Assembly (NCBI GenBank): GCA_035501875.1
Contig: DATJVI010000001.1
Coordinates: forward strand, 6,094-70,093
DNA length: 64,000 nucleotides
DNA from: Burkholderiales bacterium
Lineage (GTDB): Bacteria > Pseudomonadota > Gammaproteobacteria > Burkholderiales > SHXO01
Reading direction: 5' to 3'
In this document: positions 8,864 to 18,244 of the stretch, in pieces
How the letters are laid out: the number at the start of each line of letters is the position of its first letter
How positions within the stretch are numbered: the first letter of the stretch is position 1
Program-made: the position numbers and the translations under genes
Notes under the pieces: model-generated
What the model saw: only the letters and a program-made list of their open reading frames with translations
Told to the model about the DNA's origin: nothing
The model's database searches: none

Positions 8864-10048
8864 TCAAAGCGGACACGACACCGGTTCCGCGGACGCGCGG
8901 CGCGCGGCAACGGATTCATATACGGCTGCCAGCTTTTGCGCCAGCGGCTCCGCCCTCCACTCCCGCGCGTAAGCGCGTCCCTCGTCGGCAAGCCGTGCGC
9001 GCCACCCTGCGTCTCGCATCACGGCGACGATCGCTTCGGCAAACGCCGTTTCGTCATCCGCCGGGACCACCGCGCCGCGCCGCGGCCCGACGATGTCGCG
9101 CGTGCCCATCACCGCCGTGGAAATCACAGGCACACCCAGGGCAAGCGCCTCGAGCAATACCAAGCCCTGAGTCTCGGTGCGCGACGCGAACACGAAGGCA
9201 TCGGCCGCGCGGTAACAGTCCAGGAGCGCTACAGATCGCTCGAGGTACCCGACGAATACCACGTGTTCCTGCAAGCGGCGTTTCGCGGCCTGCCGCTTCA
9301 GCGATGCGCTCGCCGGTCCTTCCCCCGCGATCACCAGCAACAGCTCGGGCATCCACACGAGCGCCCGCTGCAACGCCCGCAGCAGGAAGTCGATGTTCTT
9401 CTCGAAGGCCACCCGCCCTACGTAGAGCAGCATGGGGCGCTCTGTGGGTATGCGCCACCTGCTGCGGAAAACCATTCCGTTCCCGGCAGCGAACTCTCCG
9501 AGCGGGATACCGGTGGGAACGACGTGCACGGGCGCGCGCACGCCGTAGCGGCCCAGCACCTCGCCCATCGCCATGGACGGCACGATCAGCGCATCCATCT
9601 GATTGCATTGGGTGCGGGACAGCCGGCGCGAAGCGGCACGCAACCAACGCTTGGGGACGAAGGGCACGTAATGGAACAGGTACTCCTCGAAGAAAGTGTG
9701 ATACGTCTCCACCCGCGGTACGCCGAGCGCATCGGCGATCTCGATGCCCAGATAATGCGCCACGAACGGCGTTTGCACGTGAACCAGGTCGTAACCGCGC
9801 TCCCGCAGCTGTGGACGCAGAGCGCGGATCTTGCCCGTCTGCATGATTCGGTCCTCGGGATCGAGCGGGAGGTAGCGGGACGGTATCCTGAAAATGCCGC
9901 CGTCTTCGAGGCCCGCGCCTTTGTATTGGGGCGCGACCAGATCGACTCGGTGTCCCAGTGCGTCGAGCGCTCTGCGGAAGGTCTGAATCGAGGTCGATAC
10001 GCCGTTTACCCGCGGGAAGTACACGTCGGAGATCATGAGGATGCGCAT
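8864..10048 (-). CDS. Glycosyltransferase family 4
   Basis: ORF trimmed to the ATG at 10048 (MRILMISDVYFPRVNGVSTSI). C-terminal motif FVFASRTETQGLVLLEALALG. Convergent with the preceding GT4 gene, with a 9-nt gap. Confidence 0.8.
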   Translation of the reverse strand: MRILMISDVYFPRVNGVSTSIQTFRRALDALGHRVDLVAPQYKGAGLEDGGIFRIPSRYLPLDPEDRIMQTGKIRALRPQLRERGYDLVHVQTPFVAHYLGIEIADALGVPRVETYHTFFEEYLFHYVPFVPKRWLRAASRRLSRTQCNQMDALIVPSMAMGEVLGRYGVRAPVHVVPTGIPLGEFAAGNGMVFRSRWRIPTERPMLLYVGRVAFEKNIDFLLRALQRALVWMPELLLVIAGEGPASASLKRQAAKRRLQEHVVFVGYLERSVALLDCYRAADAFVFASRTETQGLVLLEALALGVPVISTAVMGTRDIVGPRRGAVVPADDETAFAEAIVAVMRDAGWRARLADEGRAYAREWRAEPLAQKLAAVYESVAARRASAEPVSCPL

Positions 10049-10335
10049 CGCCGGCCCCGGCAGAACCAAAGACGGTCCAAGGCTATGCGGTCTTCATGAC
10101 AAGCCCGCGACACGCGCGTCAGCGCCGCGCAGTCCTCCGGCCGTCATAGGCGGCCATGAGCCGGCGGTCGGGCTAGCGCTTAACAGCAGTGTCACACTCC
10201 TGGCTCATACTGCATGCCTGTAGCCATGCGGTGATTTCGCCGCCGACCACAGCGACGGGTGCGACAGAAGGTCTTGAGAGTCCGGAGCGAGCAGCCCGGC
10301 CGGTTGCGCGCGCCACAGTTTTGCCGGGGCCCTCA

Positions 10336-11151
10336 GTGGACGCCTTGAAGCACGATCCGCACGAGCGGCCCCGCGTGCGCTCCATCTTCCTATCCGACAT
10401 TCACCTCGGCACGCGCGCGTGTCAGGCCGAGCGACTGTTGTCGTTCCTGCGGGAATACGACTCCGAGCACTTGTTCCTGGTGGGAGACATCGTGGACTTC
10501 TGGGCCATGAGCCGCGGGATCTGCTGGTCGGCGCACCAAAACACGGTCGTCCAGAAGATCCTCAAGCGCGCCCGACACGATGTGAACGTCTACCTGGTAC
10601 CCGGGAACCACGACGAGGCCCTGCGCGACTACGCCGGTGTCTCGTTCGGGGAAATCCACGTCGTCCGCGAGCACGTGCACGTTGCCGCCGACGGCATGCG
10701 CTACCTGCTCATCCACGGGGACGAGTTCGACCAGGTGACCCTGCATCACCGCTGGATCGCGATCCTAGGCGACATCGGCTACGCCTTGCTCGTGCGGCTG
10801 AACGCCTGGTTGTCCTACGTTCGACGCACCTTGGGGGTGGCGGGCTATTGGTCGCTGGCGGGATATGCCAAGCGGAAGGTCAAGAGCGCGGTGAGCTTCA
10901 TCTCGAACTTCGAGGATTCGCTGCTGCGCCACGTGCGCGAGCGAGGCCTGGACGGCGTCATCTGCGGACACATCCATGCCGCCGCGATAAGACAGGTCGA
11001 CGGCGTGACTTACATCAACTGTGGCGACTGGGTCGATAGCTGCACGGCGATCGTCGAGCACCACGACGGTCGCATGGAGCTCATCGAGTGGAGCAGCTCT
11101 CGGCTTGAGCCCCGCTACCCCGTCGAGACCGAGCTGCAACGCGCCGCCTGA
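10336..11151 (+). CDS. Metallophosphoesterase, UDP-2,3-diacylglucosamine diphosphatase-like (LpxH-like)
   Basis: Calcineurin-type motifs SDIHLG, GDIVD, GNHD, HGDEFD and GHIH. The longest ORF starts at 10189; the in-frame GTG at 10336 gives a homolog-like length of about 271 aa. The start is uncertain. Confidence 0.7.
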   Translation: MDALKHDPHERPRVRSIFLSDIHLGTRACQAERLLSFLREYDSEHLFLVGDIVDFWAMSRGICWSAHQNTVVQKILKRARHDVNVYLVPGNHDEALRDYAGVSFGEIHVVREHVHVAADGMRYLLIHGDEFDQVTLHHRWIAILGDIGYALLVRLNAWLSYVRRTLGVAGYWSLAGYAKRKVKSAVSFISNFEDSLLRHVRERGLDGVICGHIHAAAIRQVDGVTYINCGDWVDSCTAIVEHHDGRMELIEWSSSRLEPRYPVETELQRAA

Positions 11152-11244
11152 CCATTGATTCAAAGGATGCCTGCGCAAGCGAGCAGCCAGGCAGCAAGGA
11201 CTTCGGTCCACCCCGCGCCGAACTGAGCGTCAGACGCACAACAC

Positions 11245-11276
11245 GAAAACGCCCGCCGTGGAGCACGGCGGGCGTC
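11245..11276 (-). terminator. Rho-independent terminator downstream of the small secreted-protein gene
   Basis: On the minus strand, the 11-bp stem ACGCCCGCCGT/ACGGCGGGCGT with a 4-nt loop is followed by TTTTCGTGTT. It lies between convergent genes, so it could act bidirectionally. Confidence 0.6.
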
Positions 11277-11326
11277 TCGCTCCGGTCCGCCCTCAACCCA
11301 GCTCGGACGGACCGCGTGCAGCCGTA

Positions 11327-11674
11327 TCAGTTGCTCTGTGTACCGGTAACCTTCGCGGCGGGCGCACTTTCCCCGCGAGGCATGTTGGTGCGGGCCGCGA
11401 CATCCGCGTCGTAGCTCACGCCCACATCAGCGCTGCTTGCCTGCGCGCGCGGAAGATTGGTGCGACCCGCGACATCTGAGTCGTAGGCGACGCCGACCTT
11501 GGTCGTTCCCGTGTGCAGACCGCTCACACGGTCGGAGCCCACCAGGCCGCCCGCCTGACCATACCAGTGGCTCATCGCGTCGACGTCACCGGAGGTCACC
11601 ACGTTGGCCGCCTCGACCTTCACCGAGAAAGCGGCCGCCACTGCAACCGCAGAGATGAGAAGCTTCGCGTTCAT
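11327..11674 (-). CDS. Small secreted protein with an internal 24-aa tandem duplication (unknown family)
   Basis: 115 aa with a signal peptide (AVAVAAAFSVKVEA/AN). Two repeats, VGVAYDSDVAGRTNLPRAQ and VGVSYDADVAARTNMPRGE, are encoded by a 72-nt tandem duplication at about 11367-11510. A terminator follows. Confidence 0.55.
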   Translation of the reverse strand: MNAKLLISAVAVAAAFSVKVEAANVVTSGDVDAMSHWYGQAGGLVGSDRVSGLHTGTTKVGVAYDSDVAGRTNLPRAQASSADVGVSYDADVAARTNMPRGESAPAAKVTGTQSN

Positions 11675-12073
11675 GCTATTCCCCTATACATAGTTTCGAT
11701 TGACCCGGCAGCCGGGCGGGCCTTGCCCTTGATCCGTCCTTCCCGCTGCCTCGATCGGCTTGCCCGCGTCGTTGCGGCGAAGGCCGATTCGATGAGGCGC
11801 AGTCTAGGCCCGTGCGAGTGCGGCCTCTTGAACGCGATTGCCCAATTTTTGGATGTTCTTGTTATGGAGTAGCCACTCCACAGGACGGATTCCAAATCGG
11901 AATGAACCTATTCCACGCGGCGCTGGCTCGCTTGATCTAGTCGGAGTGCTACTGGTCACACACCGCTGCGCGGTGGCGTCCGGAGGAGACAACCGCGCGC
12001 CACCACGTGGGCCGTCAGCGGATCGCTGCGCAACTCGTCTGCAGAAAATGGAGGCCGGTCCGGCGGCGCGGGT

Positions 12074-12742
12074 TCACGCCTGCGCCGCGATGCGGCGCAG
12101 GCCCGCGGCATCCACGATCTCGATCTGCTCGCGCGCGAGCGAGACCAGGCCTTGCTCCGCAAACGCCTTGAGCAAGCGGCTGACGATCTCGCGCACGCTG
12201 CCCAGCTCGTCGGCGAGCTGCTGGTGGGTGGTGCGCACGATCCGCCCCTTGCCCAGCAGCAGGGCGGCGAGGCGCTGGTCGAGCTTGTGAAAGGCAACCG
12301 CCTCGACCAACTGCATCAGCTCCGCGATCCGCTCCGCGAACAGACCGAACACGTAGTTGCGGAACGGCTCGTGACTGCCCACCACTTCGTTGAACAGCGA
12401 CGGAGGCAGTGCGACGAAAGTCGTATGCGACTCGGCGATGCCCTTGGCCGGATAGAGCGCCCGGCCGAGCATACAACTCGTGGTCAGTATGCAGCTTTCC
12501 CCCGGGAGCACGCGATACAGCTGCAGCTCACGGCCGCTGGACGCGACCTTTAGTACTTTCACCGCGCCTTCCACGATCATGGGGAAAGCCTGGCACGGGC
12601 TGTTCTCGTCGAACAACACGGTCCCGGCCGGTACGCTGCGCACCTGCGCATGCGCCAGCAAATCATCGAGCCGCGCAGGGGGCAGGTCGGACAACGAGGG
12701 ATAGAGGTCGACCAGCCTGCGCTTGAGTTCCGCCAACTGCAT
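12074..12742 (-). CDS. Crp/Fnr-family transcriptional regulator
   Basis: Trimmed to the ATG at 12742 (MQLAELKRR...). It has a cNMP-binding-type beta-barrel (FDENSPCQAFPMIVEGAVKV...GRELQLY) and a C-terminal HTH (HQQLADELGSVREIVSRLLK). It lacks the N-terminal Cys cluster of true FNR. Confidence 0.8.
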   Translation of the reverse strand: MQLAELKRRLVDLYPSLSDLPPARLDDLLAHAQVRSVPAGTVLFDENSPCQAFPMIVEGAVKVLKVASSGRELQLYRVLPGESCILTTSCMLGRALYPAKGIAESHTTFVALPPSLFNEVVGSHEPFRNYVFGLFAERIAELMQLVEAVAFHKLDQRLAALLLGKGRIVRTTHQQLADELGSVREIVSRLLKAFAEQGLVSLAREQIEIVDAAGLRRIAAQA

Positions 12743-12858
12743 CCACGCAACCTTCGCCGCGACGCGGCGCAGGCCGCGATCATGGGCACGAAACCTGCAA
12801 TAGACCGGGCCGAGATCGCTGCCGCCCACACTCCGCCCCGACTGCGGATCACCGAGTC

Positions 12859-14733
12859 ATGCGCAGTTTAGAGCAATACCGTGACCTTATCGCGCAGGCC
12901 GAGGGCGCTGCCTGCACTCATCCCCTGTTGTACAGAGTGCAACTCGCCTTGCTGGCCGCATTGGGGATCGGGTACGTCGTGTTGCTGGCGGTGCTGGCTA
13001 CGGGCTGCGCCCTGTTCGTGATCGGGCTCATGCTGGTCTCGAAGAGCGTCCTGCTCGTCAAGCTGGCGCTGCTGCCGATGGGGGCCGCCTACCTCCTCTC
13101 GCGCGCGCTCTGGTTCCACCTCCCGCCTCCACAGGGCAGGCGCGTCACCGGGACCGAAGTGCCGGCGCTGTTCGCCGAGATCGAGCAGGTGCGGCGTCAG
13201 GTGCGCGCCAAGCCCGTACACGAGGTGCTGCTGACATCGGACTTCAACGCCGCGGTGGTCCAGATTCCACGCCTGGGGATGCTGGGCTGGTCCAAGCGCC
13301 ATCTCGTCATCGGGCTGCCGCTCCTCGCCAGCCTTCCCCCCTACCAGTTCCGCGCGGTCCTGGCGCATGAGTTCGGCCACCTGGCCCAGAATCATGCGCG
13401 CTTCGCCAACTGGATCTACCGCATCCGCGAGCTGTGGTCGCAGATCCTGGAGGCCGTCGAGCCCAGGCGCAACCTGCTGACCGGTCTGCTCACGCGCTTC
13501 TTCGACTGGTACGCGCCCTACTTCAACGCGTACAGTTTCGTGCTCGCGCGCGCCAACGAGTACGAAGCCGACCGCGAGAGCGCCAACGTGACCAGCCCCG
13601 AGGACGCGGGCGATGCGCTGGCGGCCGTGTATTCCAAGAGCGAGTACATCGAGTCACGCTTCTGGGCCGAGTTCTACGCCCGGGCCGAAGCCCAAGCGCA
13701 ACCGCCGTCGCAACCGTTCTCCGATTACGTGGCCGCATTGCGCGGCGTGCCTGCCGAGCACTCCGCCGCGGCGCTGGCCGCGGCCCTAGCGCGCGACACA
13801 GGGCTCAACGACACGCATCCGTCGCTCAAAGACCGGCTGCGCTCGCTCGGGGTGCGGCCCAACCTACCGCTATGCTTCCAGCTCTCCGCAGCGCACGCGC
13901 TGCTCCGCGACAAGCGCCTGCAACTCATGCACGAGTTCAACGAGGTATGGCGCGAGCTGATCGCCGGCCCGTGGAAAGAGCGCCATGAGTTCCTCACACA
14001 GACGGCAGAGAAGCTCTCCCAATTCGAGACCGCACGACAGCAGCGCGGACTGAGCGAGGACGAGCATTGGGAATATGCCTGCGCGATCGAAACGCTCAGA
14101 GGCGGTCGCGCGGCGCTGCCGGTGCTGGACGCACTGCTGGAGCGCTCCCCGAGCCACGCGCCGGCTTACTATGCGCGCGGCCGGATCTTGCTGGAGGGCA
14201 ACGAGGAACGCGGCGTGGCGGATGTCGAACGCGCGATGCAGCTCGACGAGGCCGCGCGCGAGGCCGGTTCCCAGTTGCTGTATACGTATTTCTACTCGCG
14301 CAACCAGCTCGTCCGCTGCAGCCGATATCGCGACATCCTGTCGCAGGTGGCATACGAGCGCGAGCTCGCGGAAGCGGAACGCAAGGTCCTGGGACGCCGG
14401 GACACCCTCGAACCGCACGAGCTGAGCGAGAGCCAGCTCCACGAGTGGCGCACCGTGCTGGCTCGGCAGACACGCCTCAAACGCGCATGGCTGGTGCGCA
14501 AGCGCGTGCAACACCTGCAGTCCGTACCGGCCTACGTGCTGGTGTTGGAGTTCAGCGCGCTCGCCTGGGTGACTCGCTCGATGCTCCGCAGCGTGGTGGA
14601 GGAGCTGTCGGCACAGGCGAGCTGTCTGGTTCTGCACAAGAGCACCAACCGGGCCGCGTCCCGACGCGTGCGCAAAGTCGCGGGCTCCTTCATCTTCCCG
14701 GTCGAGCCCGGGGCACGCGACGAGCTTCGCTAG
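12859..14733 (+). CDS. M48-family zinc metallopeptidase with N-terminal TM helices and a helical-repeat C-terminal region
   Basis: 624 aa. The HEFGH motif (VLAHEFGHLAQNH) follows hydrophobic helices, and the C-terminal roughly 250 aa look TPR-like. Divergent from the Crp/Fnr gene. Confidence 0.75.
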   Translation: MRSLEQYRDLIAQAEGAACTHPLLYRVQLALLAALGIGYVVLLAVLATGCALFVIGLMLVSKSVLLVKLALLPMGAAYLLSRALWFHLPPPQGRRVTGTEVPALFAEIEQVRRQVRAKPVHEVLLTSDFNAAVVQIPRLGMLGWSKRHLVIGLPLLASLPPYQFRAVLAHEFGHLAQNHARFANWIYRIRELWSQILEAVEPRRNLLTGLLTRFFDWYAPYFNAYSFVLARANEYEADRESANVTSPEDAGDALAAVYSKSEYIESRFWAEFYARAEAQAQPPSQPFSDYVAALRGVPAEHSAAALAAALARDTGLNDTHPSLKDRLRSLGVRPNLPLCFQLSAAHALLRDKRLQLMHEFNEVWRELIAGPWKERHEFLTQTAEKLSQFETARQQRGLSEDEHWEYACAIETLRGGRAALPVLDALLERSPSHAPAYYARGRILLEGNEERGVADVERAMQLDEAAREAGSQLLYTYFYSRNQLVRCSRYRDILSQVAYERELAEAERKVLGRRDTLEPHELSESQLHEWRTVLARQTRLKRAWLVRKRVQHLQSVPAYVLVLEFSALAWVTRSMLRSVVEELSAQASCLVLHKSTNRAASRRVRKVAGSFIFPVEPGARDELR

Positions 14734-14868
14734 AAGCTCGATCCTGCGCGACATCCCTCACCGGAGGAGAGCGGTGCCGCGTTGGCGCTCGCGTACCGAC
14801 CCGTCTCGCGTGCACTGCAACGCTATGGCGGCCGACGCACCCGCCGACGAACCTGCGCGCCGGATCGC

Positions 14869-16026
14869 TCAAGCCGTGCGCAGCGGCCGGAAAAACTCCC
14901 GGATCTCGCGCGCTAGCGCTTCGGGCTGCTCGAGCGCGGCGAAGTGCCCGCCCCGGGGCATCTTGGTCCAGCGCTGGATGTTGTAGACCTTCTCGGCCAC
15001 CGAGCGCGGCGGATGCAGGATCTCGGCGGGAAACTCCGCGTAGCCGGTGGGCACGCTGACGCGTGCGCCCTCCGGGATCGGCCAGGGGCCGTGCATGCGA
15101 GCGTAGTACGGCCAGAACGACGAGCCGATCGCTCCGGTCACCCAGTACAGCGTGATGTTGGTGAGCAACTCGTCCTTGGTGAACGCGCTCTCCGGATCGC
15201 CGCGGCAATCGCTCCAGGTGCGGAACTTCTCGACGATCCACGCGGCCAGGCCCACCGGCGAATCGCTCAGCGCGAAGGCCAGCGTCTGTGGCTTGGTGCC
15301 CTGGATCCACTGGTAACCCATCTCTTCCTTGATCCAGTGGTCGAGCTCGCCGAGGAACACTTTTTCTTCGGCGGTCGGGCGATCCAACATCTTCGGATCC
15401 CGCCGGACGGCGAGCAGATTCAGGTGGATCCCGTAGAGTCGCTGTGGAACCTGCAGCCCGAGGCACGACGTGACGAATGCGCCCCAGTCGCCGCCTTGGG
15501 CGGCGAAGCGCTGGTAGCCCAGCACCTCGGACATCAGCAGGGCGAACACCTCGGCGATGCGCTCGACGCTGAAGCGCTCTTGCCCCGGCCGGAAGGACAA
15601 AGTGAACCCTGGCAAAGAGGGTGCGACGACCGTGAAAGCGTCGGCCGGATCGCCGCCGAAGCGTGCCGGATCGGTCAATATCGGAATGAGCTTGTGGAAC
15701 TCGAACACCGAGCCCGGCCAGCCGTGCGAGAGCAAGAGCGGGATCGGGTTGGGTCCCTTGCCCTGCTCGTGGATGAAATGCACATCGATGCCGGCGAGCG
15801 GCACGCTGAACTGATGAAACGCGTTGAGTGCGCGCTCCTGCGCGCGCCAGTCGAACCGGTCGCGCCAGTAGTCGACCAGCTGCCTCACGTAGGTGAGGCT
15901 CGCGCCCGTGCTCCAGGGCGCAAGCGGCGGCTCGTCGGGCCAGCGCGCGCGCACCAGGCGCTGGCGCAGGTCGTCGAGCACCGAATCGGGAACCGACAAC
16001 CGGAACGGCCGAGGCTCGGTGGCCAT
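14869..16026 (-). CDS. Epoxide hydrolase (EHN N-terminal domain plus alpha/beta fold)
   Basis: Trimmed to the ATG at 16026, preceded by GGAGGA. N-terminus PFRLSVPDSVLDDLRQRL...RWPDE, an HGWPGS oxyanion motif and a GGDWG nucleophile region. Confidence 0.8.
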   Translation of the reverse strand: MATEPRPFRLSVPDSVLDDLRQRLVRARWPDEPPLAPWSTGASLTYVRQLVDYWRDRFDWRAQERALNAFHQFSVPLAGIDVHFIHEQGKGPNPIPLLLSHGWPGSVFEFHKLIPILTDPARFGGDPADAFTVVAPSLPGFTLSFRPGQERFSVERIAEVFALLMSEVLGYQRFAAQGGDWGAFVTSCLGLQVPQRLYGIHLNLLAVRRDPKMLDRPTAEEKVFLGELDHWIKEEMGYQWIQGTKPQTLAFALSDSPVGLAAWIVEKFRTWSDCRGDPESAFTKDELLTNITLYWVTGAIGSSFWPYYARMHGPWPIPEGARVSVPTGYAEFPAEILHPPRSVAEKVYNIQRWTKMPRGGHFAALEQPEALAREIREFFRPLRTA

Positions 16027-16126
16027 CTCGTACTCCTCCTGTCGGAAATGCGCCGCGCTTGTCAGCTCGGCGCAAGCCAAGACCGATGCAGTGCTTGGCT
16101 ACGCTGCAATGCAGCGCACCCCAGCC

Positions 16127-16678
16127 TCAGCTGCCCGAGCTGGCGGACGTCGCTCGGACCATGATCGATTTCACCTGACCGCCGGATACGACGACCACCA
16201 TGCCTCCCGCATAATAGGTCGAGGTATCCCCTTCTTCTCGGATCAGCAGCGGACCGGAGAGCTTCGCAAGCTTCGCCTTCACCGCGAGGACCGACAGGCC
16301 GACTTTGAGGCCATCTGCGGTGGCGAAGTCCGGCGACTGCGTCGTGACCGTGCTCACCGATTCATCGGCGTCGTCCACGACCACTTCCAGATCTTCGAAC
16401 ACGTAATGGTCTTGCTCGTGCCCTTTCTGAGTCTGCGTCGGCTCGCCCATCACATCGTACAGCTGCGACACCGACATGCCGACGGACACCGGACCGATCC
16501 GCTTGCCGGGGACGATCATGTTGTCCTTGATGACGCTCTTCACGCTTGCAGTGCTCTTCTTCTTCGCGGCAGGCTTGGCTTCGGGCGCACTCTCGCCGCC
16601 TCCGCCCAAGCTCGAGCAGGCCACGAGGAAGACGGTCGCCACAAGAGCGGTTGCGCGGGCTACGGGATGCATGCTCAT
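16127..16678 (-). CDS. Lipoprotein of unknown function
   Basis: 183 aa. Lipobox LVAC/S, then a Gly/Ala/Lys-rich linker and a globular domain. I do not recognise the family. Confidence 0.5.
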   Translation of the reverse strand: MSMHPVARATALVATVFLVACSSLGGGGESAPEAKPAAKKKSTASVKSVIKDNMIVPGKRIGPVSVGMSVSQLYDVMGEPTQTQKGHEQDHYVFEDLEVVVDDADESVSTVTTQSPDFATADGLKVGLSVLAVKAKLAKLSGPLLIREEGDTSTYYAGGMVVVVSGGQVKSIMVRATSASSGS

Positions 16679-16874
16679 ATTCGCCTCTCAATTGTCAAAT
16701 GCACGACTGCGATCTGCAACTGCTATCTAGCTGTGTGCAAGAACGGTGCGAGGAAAAGCATAACCCCTGCGACTGTGGCACGACAAGCTGTGCCGACTCG
16801 CCGCACCGGCCACGTGTGAGAAGCGTGTCACACCTCGACGTGAGCGCTTGCACCGGTCACGAAGCGCGTGCGCT

Positions 16875-17546
16875 TCATGCGCGGCGCGCAGCGGACAAGG
16901 CGGCTGTAAGCAACGCGTGCAGCGTCGGGTCGCGCCGCAGCCGGTGCAGATCCGCGGGGCGATCAACGTCCCAGTGCAGGGCGAGCTCGCGCCAGCGCAA
17001 TCCGAGCGAGCGCAGCGCCTCTCTGGTTTGTGCGAGCACGCGCTCACTGCCCCAATCGATCCCTGCGAAGATCGCGGGGCGAGGACGGCGCAACCCAATC
17101 AGGTAATACCCACCGTCCTCGGCCGGACCCAGGACCGCGTCGCATCCATCGGCGAGAGCGTCGCGCGCGAGCCTGAGATCATCGGCTGTCAGCGCCGGAC
17201 AGTCGGCACCGACGATGATCGCGAACGAAGCGCCCTCGAGCATCCTCCCGGACGCATCGGCCATGCGCTCGCCGAGATCTCCTTCGCATTGCCGCCGCGT
17301 CGGGCAACCACTGCGCTCGAACAGCGACCGGAAGAACGGATGCTGCTCGTCCGGGGAACACCACAGCTCGACGTCTCCTGCACGCGCCGCCTGCGCGGTC
17401 GCAAGAGTGCGCTCGACGAGCCGCGCGTGCAGCGCGGCAGCCGTCTGCGCACCCAGGCTTGGGATGAGCCGCGTCTTCACCAGTCCCGGCTGCGGCGCCT
17501 TGGCGAAGATGCCGAGAACGCAGCGCTCAGCGGCAGTCCCGCTCAT
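16875..17546 (-). CDS. DUF2064 / TIGR04282-type glycosyltransferase-like protein
   Basis: 223 aa. N-terminus VLGIFAKAPQPGLVKTRL is the hallmark of DUF2064. It overlaps the upstream GT2 gene by 20 nt and is the last gene of the arsS operon. Confidence 0.7.
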   Translation of the reverse strand: MSGTAAERCVLGIFAKAPQPGLVKTRLIPSLGAQTAAALHARLVERTLATAQAARAGDVELWCSPDEQHPFFRSLFERSGCPTRRQCEGDLGERMADASGRMLEGASFAIIVGADCPALTADDLRLARDALADGCDAVLGPAEDGGYYLIGLRRPRPAIFAGIDWGSERVLAQTREALRSLGLRWRELALHWDVDRPADLHRLRRDPTLHALLTAALSAARRA

Positions 17547-18216
17547 ACATGCGCGCCAGCCGCGCCGGCGGTGTGCCCAGGAAGTATCGCAGCCGCAGCC
17601 ACCACATCAGCATGATCGTGCGCAGCACACCCCGGCTCTCCCAGCGCCGCGCCGAGGTGTACACGGGGGCAGCAATGCGTAGCGGGCGCGAGCGGGTCTT
17701 CAGGATGCGCGACAGCGCCACATCTTCCATCAGTGCCACGGCCGGATAACCTCCAGAGGCGAGGAACGCCTCGCTCCGCGCGAAGATTGCCTGGTCGCCG
17801 GTGCAGATCCCGGTCAGCCGAGAACGCAGGTTCATCATCGTTGCGACTAACCGTAGCAACGGATGGCGCCCGTCGATCCGAATATCGAAGCGGCCCCACT
17901 CGCGCCCGCTGTCATGGAGTCCGGATACGATGAGACGGTCCGCCTGAAGCGGCAGGCGCGTGTCCGCGTGCAGGAACAGCAGCACGTCTCCGGCCGCACG
18001 CTGCACGCCTGTGTTCATCTGCGAAGCCCGCCCGCGCGGTGCGCGCAGCACATGGTCCGCGAGGGGCAGCGCCAGCCTCGGCGTTGCATCTTCGCTTCCA
18101 CCGTCCACGACGATCAGCTCGTGGCCACGGCTGCGCATCGGCTGCAGCGCCGCGAGCGCCTGTTCGATGCTCGCTGCTTCGTTCAGCGTCGGGATGATGA
18201 TCGAGATCCTGCTCAT
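17527..18216 (-). CDS. Family 2 glycosyltransferase (TIGR04283-type)
   Basis: 229 aa. ISIIIPTLNEA and VVDGGSEDAT are GT2 signatures. It sits between the DedA-FAD fusion and the DUF2064 gene. Confidence 0.75.
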   Translation of the reverse strand: MSRISIIIPTLNEAASIEQALAALQPMRSRGHELIVVDGGSEDATPRLALPLADHVLRAPRGRASQMNTGVQRAAGDVLLFLHADTRLPLQADRLIVSGLHDSGREWGRFDIRIDGRHPLLRLVATMMNLRSRLTGICTGDQAIFARSEAFLASGGYPAVALMEDVALSRILKTRSRPLRIAAPVYTSARRWESRGVLRTIMLMWWLRLRYFLGTPPARLARMYERDCR

Positions 18217-18244
18217 CTAGGGACGGCGCTACGTCCCGGCCGCA

